Part shown: piece after piece, positions 1 through 9,237 of the stretch | How positions within the stretch are numbered: the stretch's first letter is position 1 | Layout: each line of letters starts with the position of its first letter | DNA from: a virus | IMG/VR virus record: IMGVR_UViG_3300050821_005436 | Coordinates: 3,194 to 67,193 of that record | DNA length: 64,000 nucleotides | Reading direction: 5' to 3' (one strand) | Made by a program: the position numbers and the translations under genes | The notes under the pieces: generated by a model | Seen by the model: the letters and a program-made list of their open reading frames with translations, nothing else | Databases searched by the model: none | What the model was told of the DNA's origin: nothing

Positions 1-43
1 TTAAAAAGCTATTTGATGTATTAAATTTTGTCCATTTTGTTAA

Positions 44-49
44 TAAATA
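44..49 (+). promoter_or_regulatory. T4-like late promoter core (TAAATA)
   Basis: TAAATA 20 nt upstream of the ATG at 70; the same hexamer recurs before most transcription units and a gp55 homolog is in the window. Confidence 0.7.
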
Positions 50-69
50 CATAATATGGAATTGACAAA

Positions 70-1950
70 ATGACCCAACAAATAATCAATATAGGTTCAA
101 CCCCAAACGACGGAACGGGTGATAATCTTCGTTCTGGCATGACTAAGGTGAATGCAAACTTCACTGATCTTTACAATGAGAATGTTACTCTAGCGGGAAG
201 TACTGGATCTAATCTTGTGGGATTCCTGCAGGCTGGGACTGGTGGTGTCTTAAGAACAGTTCAATCCAAGCTTCAAGATATAGTAAATGTTAAAGATTTC
301 AATGCGAAAGGAGATGGAGTAACGAATGACTCTACAGCAATTCAAGCTGCTATTGATGCAGTATATGCAACGGGTGGCGGATTTGTTCAATTAACTGCGC
401 ATACATATAGAGCAGCAGGTTTAATATTGCGAAGTGGTGTTGTATTATGTGGGGTAGGCAGAGACGCTACGATCATTATGGCACCGGACGGTTGGAATAG
501 CACTTCAATCATAGACACATACAATTTCGATTTCTATAAATTTACAACAGGAAATCCTACTGACGCAAATACTCCAAATGCATGTGGATTAGTAAATCTC
601 ATCTTGGATGGCAATAATTATAATTTTGCAGGAACTCCTTCAGTAACATCTGGATATGTTGCTCGTATCGCTGCATTACGCCCCATTATCGACAATGTTA
701 CTGTTCGTGGTGCGCCTGGTGCAGGGCTACACACATCCTTAGGATCAATAACTCGCCTAACTACCGATTGGTGGCGCAATGCCGCTGCTGTTGCTAATGG
801 CTATATAAACAACTTGAGCATATATGGTTGTGGAAATGATGGTTGGGTTCATGATGGTCCAGGTGATTTATTTCTTACTGGTATCATCGCTGGTTCTAGC
901 GGTTGGCCAGATACTGCTGCATATGCTGGTAGCTTTCCCTCATTTCTAGAACCTGGAAGACGCGTCTCTAACATAACTATTAATACTGCATGTGAAATTG
1001 GCAAACTACACACATTCGGTTGTCGTCAAGGATTTGGTATCATAATCGGACGGGCATCGTACGGTAGCGGAACTATTCGTATTAAATGGGATGAAATTAT
1101 TGCTGAATCTTGCAATAGCGGTATGTGGGCTCGTAACGGTGCTTACTATCAAGGAAGTATCCTGGATTTACATAATAATTTTGGAGTTAATGGAACTGCT
1201 GTAGGTAATGAATATTTCCGAGATGACGGTACTGTATTACAAGGTCATATCGATCAAGTTCAATGTGATTTGGGATCAAATAATGCAGGACAAAATATCA
1301 TTGTTTTGGCAGGACAATTTAAGTCTATCGGCAAGTTGATGGTTGATGGGCGTTATTTTCCATCTCAGGCACTTGTTATGGATGGTACGCAAAACCGAGT
1401 ATTAGATGGGGATATTGCTCGTATGGGTCCACAGGGCGGTAAGACAGGAATCCTGTCTGCAATCCATATTCTATCTACAGCAGCAAACTGGACAATTCGC
1501 TGCAAGGTTCGTGATAGCGATATTATTGCAACAATTGATGCAAATGCTGGCGTCGTAGGAACTCCAGAAGACTCGCATATTGTAGGTGCATTCCTTAATA
1601 GCACTACTGATTTCGTTGGATTCAGTGCTATGACGACGCCGCAGCGAAAAAATATCATGCTACATAACTTATCAGGGGACAAGCGTTCTCGTGGATATAG
1701 TTTTGCATCCACCACAATATCAGCTACGGTGACAACATTGCAAACTATTAATATCCCGATTACAGCGCTATTCGCTCCCAATGCAGATGAAATTACATTG
1801 TCAATGATGTATGTGTCAGGAGGCCAGCCCACTTTGAATATCCCGCCGATGTTTAACGGATCCAACCAGACAGCATCGCAGATTCAGACTTATTTGCAAT
1901 TTGCTGCAACTAATAGCGGCGTTGTCAAATTAGTAGTCAATGTTCCTTAA
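70..1950 (+). CDS. Tailspike/tail fibre with gp9/gp10-like N-terminal anchor and pectate-lyase-like beta-helix
   Basis: N-terminus QQIINIGSTPNDGTGDNLRSGMTKVNANFTDLY resembles the T4 gp10 start; VNVKDFNAKGDGVTNDSTAIQAAID is the typical beta-helix cap motif. Confidence 0.8.
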   Translation: MTQQIINIGSTPNDGTGDNLRSGMTKVNANFTDLYNENVTLAGSTGSNLVGFLQAGTGGVLRTVQSKLQDIVNVKDFNAKGDGVTNDSTAIQAAIDAVYATGGGFVQLTAHTYRAAGLILRSGVVLCGVGRDATIIMAPDGWNSTSIIDTYNFDFYKFTTGNPTDANTPNACGLVNLILDGNNYNFAGTPSVTSGYVARIAALRPIIDNVTVRGAPGAGLHTSLGSITRLTTDWWRNAAAVANGYINNLSIYGCGNDGWVHDGPGDLFLTGIIAGSSGWPDTAAYAGSFPSFLEPGRRVSNITINTACEIGKLHTFGCRQGFGIIIGRASYGSGTIRIKWDEIIAESCNSGMWARNGAYYQGSILDLHNNFGVNGTAVGNEYFRDDGTVLQGHIDQVQCDLGSNNAGQNIIVLAGQFKSIGKLMVDGRYFPSQALVMDGTQNRVLDGDIARMGPQGGKTGILSAIHILSTAANWTIRCKVRDSDIIATIDANAGVVGTPEDSHIVGAFLNSTTDFVGFSAMTTPQRKNIMLHNLSGDKRSRGYSFASTTISATVTTLQTINIPITALFAPNADEITLSMMYVSGGQPTLNIPPMFNGSNQTASQIQTYLQFAATNSGVVKLVVNVP

Positions 1951-1953
1951 ATA
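1948..1953 (+). promoter_or_regulatory. Late promoter core (TAAATA) overlapping the upstream stop codon
   Basis: TAA stop of 70..1950 is the first half of TAAATA; next ATG at 1975. Confidence 0.6.
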
Positions 1954-1974
1954 TATAATATAGGTATCCATAGT

Positions 1975-4470
1975 ATGGCACAACAAATAATCAATGTTGG
2001 AGCAAATTCCAACGACGGGACTGGTGATAAGTTACGATATAGTATGCAAAAAGTAAATGCAAACTTTACAGATTTGTATTCTACTTCCTACGCATCAAAT
2101 GTTTTAAACACTTTCAATACTAGAAGTGGAGCAGTAACGTTGCTTTCAGCAGATGTTACTGGGGCACTGGGTTATACACCATATAGTTCAACAGGTGGCC
2201 TCGTTTCTGGTGCAGTTAATATAGGATCTACTGCTGCATCCACATCTACTACGACTGGTGCATTAATTGTGGCTGGTGGTGTTGGTGTTGGTGGAGCGAT
2301 TAATAGCGGATCAATTTCAGCTGGTTCATTAACAGTAAATGGTACATTATTGTCATCTGGTTCAGGATCATCTTTAGTTGGATATATTCAAGGTGGTACC
2401 AATAGTGTCACTAGATCACTAACATCTAAATTACAAGATGAAGTTAGCGCAAAAGATTTTGGTGCGGTGGGTAACGGCGTAACTGACGACACAGCAGCAA
2501 TCCAAGCTTGGGCAACGTATGTAGTTGCAAATCAAAAACGAGGATATTTGCCAGAAGGTACGTATATATTGTCGTCCGCTATTAGCATTCCGCAGGGAGG
2601 TAATTATTCGTTTATAGGTGCTGGTCGTGCATCTAGTATTTTAAGACAAACTGTAAATAATTTACCAATATTTGATATGGGTGCAACTGGTTCTGCATCA
2701 TGCGTTTTCATTGAAATTGCTGAAATTTGGTTTGATTATTCTGTGACTCCGGTTGTGGGAGCATATGCTATTAGCATGCATGCTAGTTATTTTTTAAATT
2801 CATTTCACCATCTGAGAATGACTGGTTACTATTGTTTTAAAGTAGATTCTGGTCAGCCGGCTCCCCAAAATACCGTATTCAATGAAATCGATATGTTGAA
2901 TTCATGTACAGGCGGCATGATGGATTGGTCTGGAACTAGTAGCGCTGGTCCCAATAATGTTATCGGGCGTATGCAATTAGGTTGTGGGAATGCAGTAGGT
3001 CCCATATTTAATAATATCAAAGGCGTCAATTTCGTAATCGATTGTTTAGAATTTCTGTCAGTAACTAATGCAACACTAATTGCACTACAAGCTGGCACAA
3101 ATGTATCGATTAATTCTATAAAAATGGAATTTTTCACCTTCAATACTAGTGGCAATTTATTCAATTTTAATACAAATTGTAATGTGAAGTTGGGGCAATT
3201 TCATTGTTACGGAACCACTTCCATTTTTAATCCTGCTAGCGGTAGCTTCAACATTTTCAAAACTGATACAGGGGGAAATACTGGATCATTACATATAGAT
3301 TTATTAGAACTAACAGCTAATACCGTCGGCAGCAATGTATATGCAATTGAAGCATTAAACGGATCTGTACAAATTAATTCTTATATTACTGATGGGAATG
3401 CCAATTGGAATCTATCGAGCACTAGCTCAGCTACAGCAGATGTATTGAATGTTGTTACTTATAACAATGATCACATTAGTGCAAACAAAGGAGATTCTGA
3501 CTATACTGTTACTCTCGGAGATCCAAACATTATCAGTTTTGAGACTGCATTAACAGCGCCGAGAACCGTGAATCTTCCAGCTAATGCAAATAATTTGTTT
3601 AATGGATTACGATATACTGTTAGGAGCAATGGGGCAATAAATGGGGCAAATACTATTACAATTGCTTGCAATGCTGTAACTAAATTTACATTAACTACTG
3701 ATTTGTCTGCCGTCGATTTAATATGGCGGCGTGCAGGATCTGCACAAGCTGGTTGGATTATCGAACGGGCTTATGGATTGTCTGGCGGTATTAGTGGAAC
3801 AGCAGGTGGCGATCTTGCAGGTTCTTATCCAAATCCAACAGTCTCTCAGGCGACTGGATTGAATTTATTTTTAGAATCAGCGAATACAGTCTCTCAATAC
3901 AATGCCGCTAATGCACAAAATTATAGAATTTACAATTTTAGAAATTCGGTAAATGATTTTGAACGTGGCGGTGTTTCTTGGCAATCAAACACATTAAGGG
4001 TTTTTACTGAACAAGGTGGTACTGGTGTAACTAGAAATATCGGATTCTATGTAAATGGCTCATTTAGATGGCAAATAGGACAAACCCAGTTATATCCTCA
4101 GGTTGATGCAACTTATGATTTTGGTCAATCGTCTCAATCAGTCAGAAATGTGTATTCATCAGGAATAGATGTAAATAAGGGCACTAACGTTGCTGTTCCT
4201 ACTACGGGCACTACAGTTACGGTAGCACAAACAACAAATTGCCAAATTTGTCAGCCAGCTGGATCATTGGCTGCATTAACGATTCAGTTTCCGACACCAT
4301 TGGCAGACGGACACACATTTGAATTAAGTATTACTAATTCAATTACAACCTTAACTCTAACTCCGAATGCAGGTGCATCAATAGTTGGGACATTTAGCGC
4401 AGTTACTACGTATCTAGCAACAAAATATAGGTATGTTGCTTCTACGACGACGTGGTATGAAATTGCATAA
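1975..4470 (+). CDS. Second tailspike/tail fibre with gp9/gp10-like anchor and beta-helix domain
   Basis: Same N-terminal motif (NDGTGDKLR...KVNANFTDLY); VSAKDFGAVGNGVTDDTAAIQ; fibre motifs FNTRSGAVTL and AGGDLAGSYPNPTV. Confidence 0.8.
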   Translation: MAQQIINVGANSNDGTGDKLRYSMQKVNANFTDLYSTSYASNVLNTFNTRSGAVTLLSADVTGALGYTPYSSTGGLVSGAVNIGSTAASTSTTTGALIVAGGVGVGGAINSGSISAGSLTVNGTLLSSGSGSSLVGYIQGGTNSVTRSLTSKLQDEVSAKDFGAVGNGVTDDTAAIQAWATYVVANQKRGYLPEGTYILSSAISIPQGGNYSFIGAGRASSILRQTVNNLPIFDMGATGSASCVFIEIAEIWFDYSVTPVVGAYAISMHASYFLNSFHHLRMTGYYCFKVDSGQPAPQNTVFNEIDMLNSCTGGMMDWSGTSSAGPNNVIGRMQLGCGNAVGPIFNNIKGVNFVIDCLEFLSVTNATLIALQAGTNVSINSIKMEFFTFNTSGNLFNFNTNCNVKLGQFHCYGTTSIFNPASGSFNIFKTDTGGNTGSLHIDLLELTANTVGSNVYAIEALNGSVQINSYITDGNANWNLSSTSSATADVLNVVTYNNDHISANKGDSDYTVTLGDPNIISFETALTAPRTVNLPANANNLFNGLRYTVRSNGAINGANTITIACNAVTKFTLTTDLSAVDLIWRRAGSAQAGWIIERAYGLSGGISGTAGGDLAGSYPNPTVSQATGLNLFLESANTVSQYNAANAQNYRIYNFRNSVNDFERGGVSWQSNTLRVFTEQGGTGVTRNIGFYVNGSFRWQIGQTQLYPQVDATYDFGQSSQSVRNVYSSGIDVNKGTNVAVPTTGTTVTVAQTTNCQICQPAGSLAALTIQFPTPLADGHTFELSITNSITTLTLTPNAGASIVGTFSAVTTYLATKYRYVASTTTWYEIA

Positions 4471-4490
4471 TTAAACCACGTTTTTTCTCA

Positions 4491-4543
4491 TGCCACATCT
4501 CTATTAGTTAAATATCTGTATATAACTCAATGGAGATGTAGCA
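4491..4543 (+). promoter_or_regulatory. Imperfect stem-loop sequestering an SD, with a late promoter (TAAATA 4509-4514) at its apex
   Basis: ACATCTCTATTAGTTA (4495-4510) pairs with TAACTCAATGGAGATGT (4523-4539) with one G:U and one bulge; GGAG at 4532-4535 lies in the 3' arm. Confidence 0.6.
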
Positions 4544-4545
4544 AC

Positions 4546-4779
4546 ATGTCAGATGTAACCCAACAACCAGCACCAGAATTAGGCGTCCAGGATCTTCAAG
4601 TTGTTTTGCAAGTAATTGAACTTGCAAGCACACGTGGAGCATTTAAGGGTGGCGAATTAAGTGCTGTCGGTCAAATTTTTGATAAGATCAACAATTTTGT
4701 AACAGCATTCACCAAACAAGCAGAAGAAGCCGCTGCAAATGAAGCACAACAAGAAGCAGCACCTGCTGCAGGAGAATAA
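4546..4779 (+). CDS. Small acidic hypothetical phage protein (77 aa)
   Basis: GGAG SD, late promoter upstream, helical LxVxDL...ASxRGAF core. Confidence 0.75.
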   Translation: MSDVTQQPAPELGVQDLQVVLQVIELASTRGAFKGGELSAVGQIFDKINNFVTAFTKQAEEAAANEAQQEAAPAAGE

Positions 4780-4780
4780 T

Positions 4781-5446
4781 ATGATTAAGCATATCGGACG
4801 TCACAACAATAAAAAAGTTATCATCCTATATAGAGAAGTTCCTGAGGAAGCACATATGTGTTTAGTAACTTACAGTGACGCATTGCCACGTAAGTATCAT
4901 GATACAATTATGCCAATTCTTGAATCTCAACCAGGTCAAGCAGCAGACGTATTTGCAGAAGCATTACACCGCAATTTATTGCATGATGGTCGCAACATTC
5001 TAGGTAGCTTGCACAAAGAAGGGTTTATCAAGAAAGTTCCGACAAATCAAGTCATTGTGACAGCAACCCCAACAAGCCAAGTTCGTCTTGATGAATTGAA
5101 CAACATTCTTTCTGAAATGAGAAAGGGTGAAGAAGCAATTAAGAAGATGGCTGACCTAGACTCAAATCGCGGCATGAATGGAAATAACAATCCATACAAA
5201 CAAAAAGCACAAGATATTGCAGAACAATTTGCTGAGCCGCAAAGTAGTGTTGGTGTATTAGATGATACATATTTTGCACAACAGAATCTAGCCCAAGCTG
5301 CTAGAATGAAAACTGAAGCAGAAGGTTTGCTAAAAGAGGCAGCGCGTTTGGAAGCGGAAGCAAAAAAGTTCCTTCCAGAAGAAAAAGAAGCAAAAGTAGT
5401 CAAGACACGAGCTCCTCGCAATGCCAAGAAAGCAGTCCAAAGCTAA
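4781..5446 (+). CDS. Hypothetical phage protein with C-terminal coiled coil (start revised from 4739 to 4781)
   Basis: GGAGA SD at 4771-4775 before the ATG at 4781, directly after the upstream stop. Confidence 0.75.
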   Translation: MIKHIGRHNNKKVIILYREVPEEAHMCLVTYSDALPRKYHDTIMPILESQPGQAADVFAEALHRNLLHDGRNILGSLHKEGFIKKVPTNQVIVTATPTSQVRLDELNNILSEMRKGEEAIKKMADLDSNRGMNGNNNPYKQKAQDIAEQFAEPQSSVGVLDDTYFAQQNLAQAARMKTEAEGLLKEAARLEAEAKKFLPEEKEAKVVKTRAPRNAKKAVQS

Positions 5447-5768
5447 CTCAGGACCCAAAGCCCGAAAAATTTCAATCAACGCTAAAAAAGATTGGAAGAA
5501 TATTCTCAAGCAGGTGGAGAAACAGGAAGTTCCCTTAGAACTCCTCAACTCCATCAATATTAGGTTAATAGACGGCACAGACATAAGTTTGGATGTGCCT
5601 GCTCTATTAGAATCTTCTACTGATGCTGCACTAGTAGAAGCATACCTTAATGAAAAATTTGAGGAGTTGGATGCTTATATTCAAACTGTAGATTTCTTTA
5701 TTAACTTAGAAGTCGTTTCTAAGACTGTTCAAGAAGCTACTAATCAACTTTTCAAAAACTTACCGTAA
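5421..5768 (+). CDS. Hypothetical protein (115 aa)
   Basis: ORF fills the gap in a co-directional operon; no recognised motif. Confidence 0.65.
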   Translation: MPRKQSKANSGPKARKISINAKKDWKNILKQVEKQEVPLELLNSINIRLIDGTDISLDVPALLESSTDAALVEAYLNEKFEELDAYIQTVDFFINLEVVSKTVQEATNQLFKNLP

Positions 5769-5773
5769 AAATT

Positions 5774-6283
5774 ATGAAAGCTATATTTGCTGTTGACTCA
5801 TCCGGCGGGATAGGCAACAAGGGGTCACTCCCTTGGCCAAAACACGCCGACGACCTAGCGTGGTTTAAAGAACACACACTGAACAATATCGTTGTAATGG
5901 GAAAAAATACGTGGAAGGACAAGAAAATGCCCAAACCACTCAAAGATCGCATCAATGTTGTTGTAACAAACAATCCACCTGAAGATGCTTTGGCTAGATA
6001 TTCTACTCCAGACAATCTCACTGAAACATTAATAACTCTTAAAGAAAGTTTCCCCGAAAAAGAAATTTTTGTCATCGGTGGCAAACAAGTTCTAGAATGG
6101 CTAAGACCAGAAATCAAGACGATTTATTTGACACGCTTCAAGGGAAGGTATTATACTGACACTAGATTAGACTTGAATTCCTTTTTAACAGGATTCCGTT
6201 TAATGTCAGTCAAACCAGGTGATAATTGCACCTTCGAGGTTTGGGAAAAAATTACATTTCCATGGAAGGATAAAGAAGAATGA
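5774..6283 (+). CDS. frd: Dihydrofolate reductase
   Basis: GIGNKGSLPW, DLAWFK, VVMGKNTW, PLKDRINVVVT, FVIGG motifs. Confidence 0.95.
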   Translation: MKAIFAVDSSGGIGNKGSLPWPKHADDLAWFKEHTLNNIVVMGKNTWKDKKMPKPLKDRINVVVTNNPPEDALARYSTPDNLTETLITLKESFPEKEIFVIGGKQVLEWLRPEIKTIYLTRFKGRYYTDTRLDLNSFLTGFRLMSVKPGDNCTFEVWEKITFPWKDKEE

Positions 6284-7185
6284 AACAATATTTAGAACTA
6301 TTACAAGACGTATTAGACAACGGAGTGCAGAAAACTGATAGAACAGGGACTGGCACTCTTTCTGTTTTCGGCAGACAATTGAGATTCGATCTATCAAAAG
6401 GGTTTCCTGCTGTAACGACAAAAAAACTTGCATTCAATGCAATGAAAGCAGAATTATTGTGGTTTATAAGTGGATCAGGAAATGAATTAGATTTGCGTGA
6501 AATTCTACATGGTGATCGTAACTCAGAAAAATCCACAATCTGGACTGATAATGCAAATGCAGATTATTGGAAACCACATGCAGAATTTGAGGGTGATTTG
6601 GGACGCGTATATGGTGTGCAGTGGAGGCGCTGGATTACTCCGATTAATGAATTCGGTGTTCATCAAGGCTCTCCAGCATACACTACTGTAGAAATTGATC
6701 AATTAACTGCATTGATCGATGGAATCAATACTGACCCAACTGGTCGCCGTCATATTATTTCTGCATGGAACGCAGGTGAGATTGCTACGAAACAATTTGC
6801 ATTGCCACCGTGTCACGTTATGGCGCAATTCAATGTTGTAAATAACAAACTGGATTGCATGATGACCCAAAGGAGTGTGGATACCTTCTTAGGATTGCCA
6901 TTTAACATCGCGTCATATGCGCTATTCACACACATGATTGCTCAAATATGCAATCTGGAAGTAGGTGAGTTAATTATGTCATTGGGTGATACACATATCT
7001 ATTTAAATCATATAGATCAGGTAAGAGAACAGCTTTCTAGAACTCCGTTGCAAGCACCTGCATTATGGCTCAATCCTGAAATAACTGGAAGTAACGGATT
7101 TAATATCGAAGATTTCGACATGGATGATATTCTGTTAGAAGATTATCAATCACATGCAGCCATCAAAGCTCCGATGGCGGTTTAA
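6280..7185 (+). CDS. thyA: Thymidylate synthase (canonical, dUMP-specific)
   Basis: DRTGTGT, LPPCH catalytic Cys, QRSVD, PFNIASY with the dUMP-specifying Asn, GDTHIY; uninterrupted ORF. Confidence 0.97.
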   Translation: MKQYLELLQDVLDNGVQKTDRTGTGTLSVFGRQLRFDLSKGFPAVTTKKLAFNAMKAELLWFISGSGNELDLREILHGDRNSEKSTIWTDNANADYWKPHAEFEGDLGRVYGVQWRRWITPINEFGVHQGSPAYTTVEIDQLTALIDGINTDPTGRRHIISAWNAGEIATKQFALPPCHVMAQFNVVNNKLDCMMTQRSVDTFLGLPFNIASYALFTHMIAQICNLEVGELIMSLGDTHIYLNHIDQVREQLSRTPLQAPALWLNPEITGSNGFNIEDFDMDDILLEDYQSHAAIKAPMAV

Positions 7186-8130
7186 ATGACTAAGAAAATT
7201 CTAGTTACTGGTGGAGACGGATTTATAGGAACGTATGTTGTAAAACTTCTCTCAGAGAAGTACGGTTCTGATAATATCCTAAGTATGGATAATCATACAA
7301 CCTACCTTGATTTAATTCCTAGAGAAGAATTGACATTTCTATTAACAGAACGTCAAAAGATCGTAGGTGTTCCTCTAGCTTATTGCGATATTAATGACAA
7401 GAAACTAGTGAAACGAGCATTTGATATGTTCAAGCCGACACATGTTATTCATCTTGCAGCTTTTCCGCGTGCCAAAGTTGTTGATAAGAGCCCGTCATAC
7501 GCCAGCGAAACCTTAGTGTCAGGACTGCTTAATATTTTAGAAAATTGCTCTACTGTAGAGCATTTTGTTTATATCAGTAGCTCGATGGTCTATGGTGATT
7601 TCAATCATCCGATATCAGAAAATGAACTGTGTAATCCAAAAGGAACATATGGTATTCTTAAACTAGCAGGCGAGCAGCTAGTTAAAGATTGGGCATCTAG
7701 AATGGATAAAAATTATACAATTCTACGTCCTAGCGCGGTTTATGGTCAGCTTGATGTTAAAGATCGTGTTGTTAGTAAATTCTTTGAAGCTGCAATGAAA
7801 GATGAAGCATTAAACGTTCATGGTGCCGAACAATTACTAGACTTTACGTATGTAGAAGATTTAGCAGCTGGCATTTGTTCTACAATAGAAACACATAAAA
7901 GCTTTGGACACACATTCAATATGTCTAGAGGTTCTTCTCGGACATTATTAGATGCTGCTGAATGTATTACAAAAATTGTCGGTGCTGGACGAATCAATAT
8001 TCAATCCAAACACCCGATGTATCCATCAAGAGATTCATTAGATTGCAGTAAAGCATATGAATTATTAGATTTTACTCCTACTACTGAAATTGAAGTAGGC
8101 TTTCTCAAATATTATGATTGGCTAAAATGA
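7186..8130 (+). CDS. NAD-dependent nucleotide-sugar epimerase/dehydratase (extended SDR)
   Basis: TGGDGFIG, HLAA, SSSMVYG, YGILK (YxxxK), DFTYVEDLA. Confidence 0.9.
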   Translation: MTKKILVTGGDGFIGTYVVKLLSEKYGSDNILSMDNHTTYLDLIPREELTFLLTERQKIVGVPLAYCDINDKKLVKRAFDMFKPTHVIHLAAFPRAKVVDKSPSYASETLVSGLLNILENCSTVEHFVYISSSMVYGDFNHPISENELCNPKGTYGILKLAGEQLVKDWASRMDKNYTILRPSAVYGQLDVKDRVVSKFFEAAMKDEALNVHGAEQLLDFTYVEDLAAGICSTIETHKSFGHTFNMSRGSSRTLLDAAECITKIVGAGRINIQSKHPMYPSRDSLDCSKAYELLDFTPTTEIEVGFLKYYDWLK

Positions 8131-9233
8131 ATATTCCTTTCTTTGCACTAGACAGACAGTATCAAACGATTAGAACCGACATCCTCAATGCATATGACAA
8201 AGTAATGTCATCAGGCAAAGTAATCAGAGGTATTAATACTCAAATGCTTGAGGAGGAAATTGCTGCTAGATGTGATAGACAATTTGCAATCGCAGTTAAT
8301 AGTGGCACAAGTGCATTAATGGGTGCTATCATTTCTTTGCATTGCCAATCAAAGAATATCTTATGTCCAGCAGAAAGCTTTGTTGCTACAGCAAACGCAA
8401 TCTACTCTACATCAAATAATCCTGTGATTGTAGATTCTGATTACAGTGGCTTACTTAATATTAAAAAATTAACTAAGTCAAAGTTAGAAAATGCTAGTGC
8501 ATTGCTTTATGTAAATCTGTATGGTAATTGTTTGGATTATGATAACCTACGTGTAATGCTAGAGTTATATGGGATCAGCAATCTTCCTATCATTGAAGAT
8601 GCTTGCCAAAGCTTTGGTTCATCATATAAAGGAATTCCATCTGGAAAACTAGGAACAATAAGTTGCTTGAGTTTTGATCCTACTAAAAATCTAAACAATT
8701 ATGGATCAGGTGGAATGATCTTGACTGACGATATTCATGTTGCAGAATATATGCGAAACTTTAGATCAAATGGGACTGAAGTATATTCACACCGTTTAGA
8801 GTATGGAATCAATGTTCAAATGTCTGAAATGGATGCAGCTGGATTACTTGTAAAGTTGAAACATTTTGATAAATGGCAAGCACGTAGAACACAAATTGCT
8901 AATCACTATAATTCAGAATTTTCTAAAATATTTGCATTGGATATTCCTACCCAAACATTAGATTCTGTGTGCAACTGGCACAAATACGTGTTACGGGCAT
9001 CACATGTTGATAGAAATAAACTCAAGGAACATCTAGAGAAGAATGGCATTGAAACTAGAATTCATTATGATATGTCATTGCGCCAACATCAAATGAATAT
9101 TGACAAATACGATACTAATACTATTTCTCATAAAAACTGTCAGGAAAAGCTTAGTTTGCCCATCTATCCAGAGCTAAAGGATGAGGAAGTCGAATACATC
9201 ATAAAGGTAGTAAAAGAATACTACGGTAAATAG
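8127..9233 (+). CDS. DegT/DnrJ/EryC1/StrS family PLP-dependent sugar aminotransferase
   Basis: NSGTSAL, IIEDACQSFG, SFDPTKNL (PLP Lys), LSLPIYPEL; ATG at 8127 overlaps the upstream TGA. Confidence 0.9.
   Translation: MNIPFFALDRQYQTIRTDILNAYDKVMSSGKVIRGINTQMLEEEIAARCDRQFAIAVNSGTSALMGAIISLHCQSKNILCPAESFVATANAIYSTSNNPVIVDSDYSGLLNIKKLTKSKLENASALLYVNLYGNCLDYDNLRVMLELYGISNLPIIEDACQSFGSSYKGIPSGKLGTISCLSFDPTKNLNNYGSGGMILTDDIHVAEYMRNFRSNGTEVYSHRLEYGINVQMSEMDAAGLLVKLKHFDKWQARRTQIANHYNSEFSKIFALDIPTQTLDSVCNWHKYVLRASHVDRNKLKEHLEKNGIETRIHYDMSLRQHQMNIDKYDTNTISHKNCQEKLSLPIYPELKDEEVEYIIKVVKEYYGK
9227..9232 (+). promoter_or_regulatory. Late promoter core, 5 nt before the ATG (leaderless)
   Basis: TAAATAgtagtATG, no SD. 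Confidence 0.6.
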
Positions 9234-9237
9234 TAGT

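Noticed and set aside
661-780. Locally higher GC in the first tailspike as evidence of recent transfer
   Set aside because: Explainable by Gly/Ala/Arg-rich coding; it needs a codon-position analysis that I cannot run
4739-4780. Upstream start for the 235-aa ORF
   Set aside because: It overlaps the previous gene; the ATG at 4781 has a good SD
6280-7185. thyA as a dCMP hydroxymethylase supplying 5hmC to the carbamoyltransferase
   Set aside because: It keeps the dUMP-specifying Asn (PFNIASY) and is coupled to DHFR, as expected for a canonical thymidylate synthase. A hydroxymethylase elsewhere in the genome cannot be excluded.
6280-7185. Group I intron or intein in thyA, as in T4 td
   Set aside because: The ORF is continuous and of normal length
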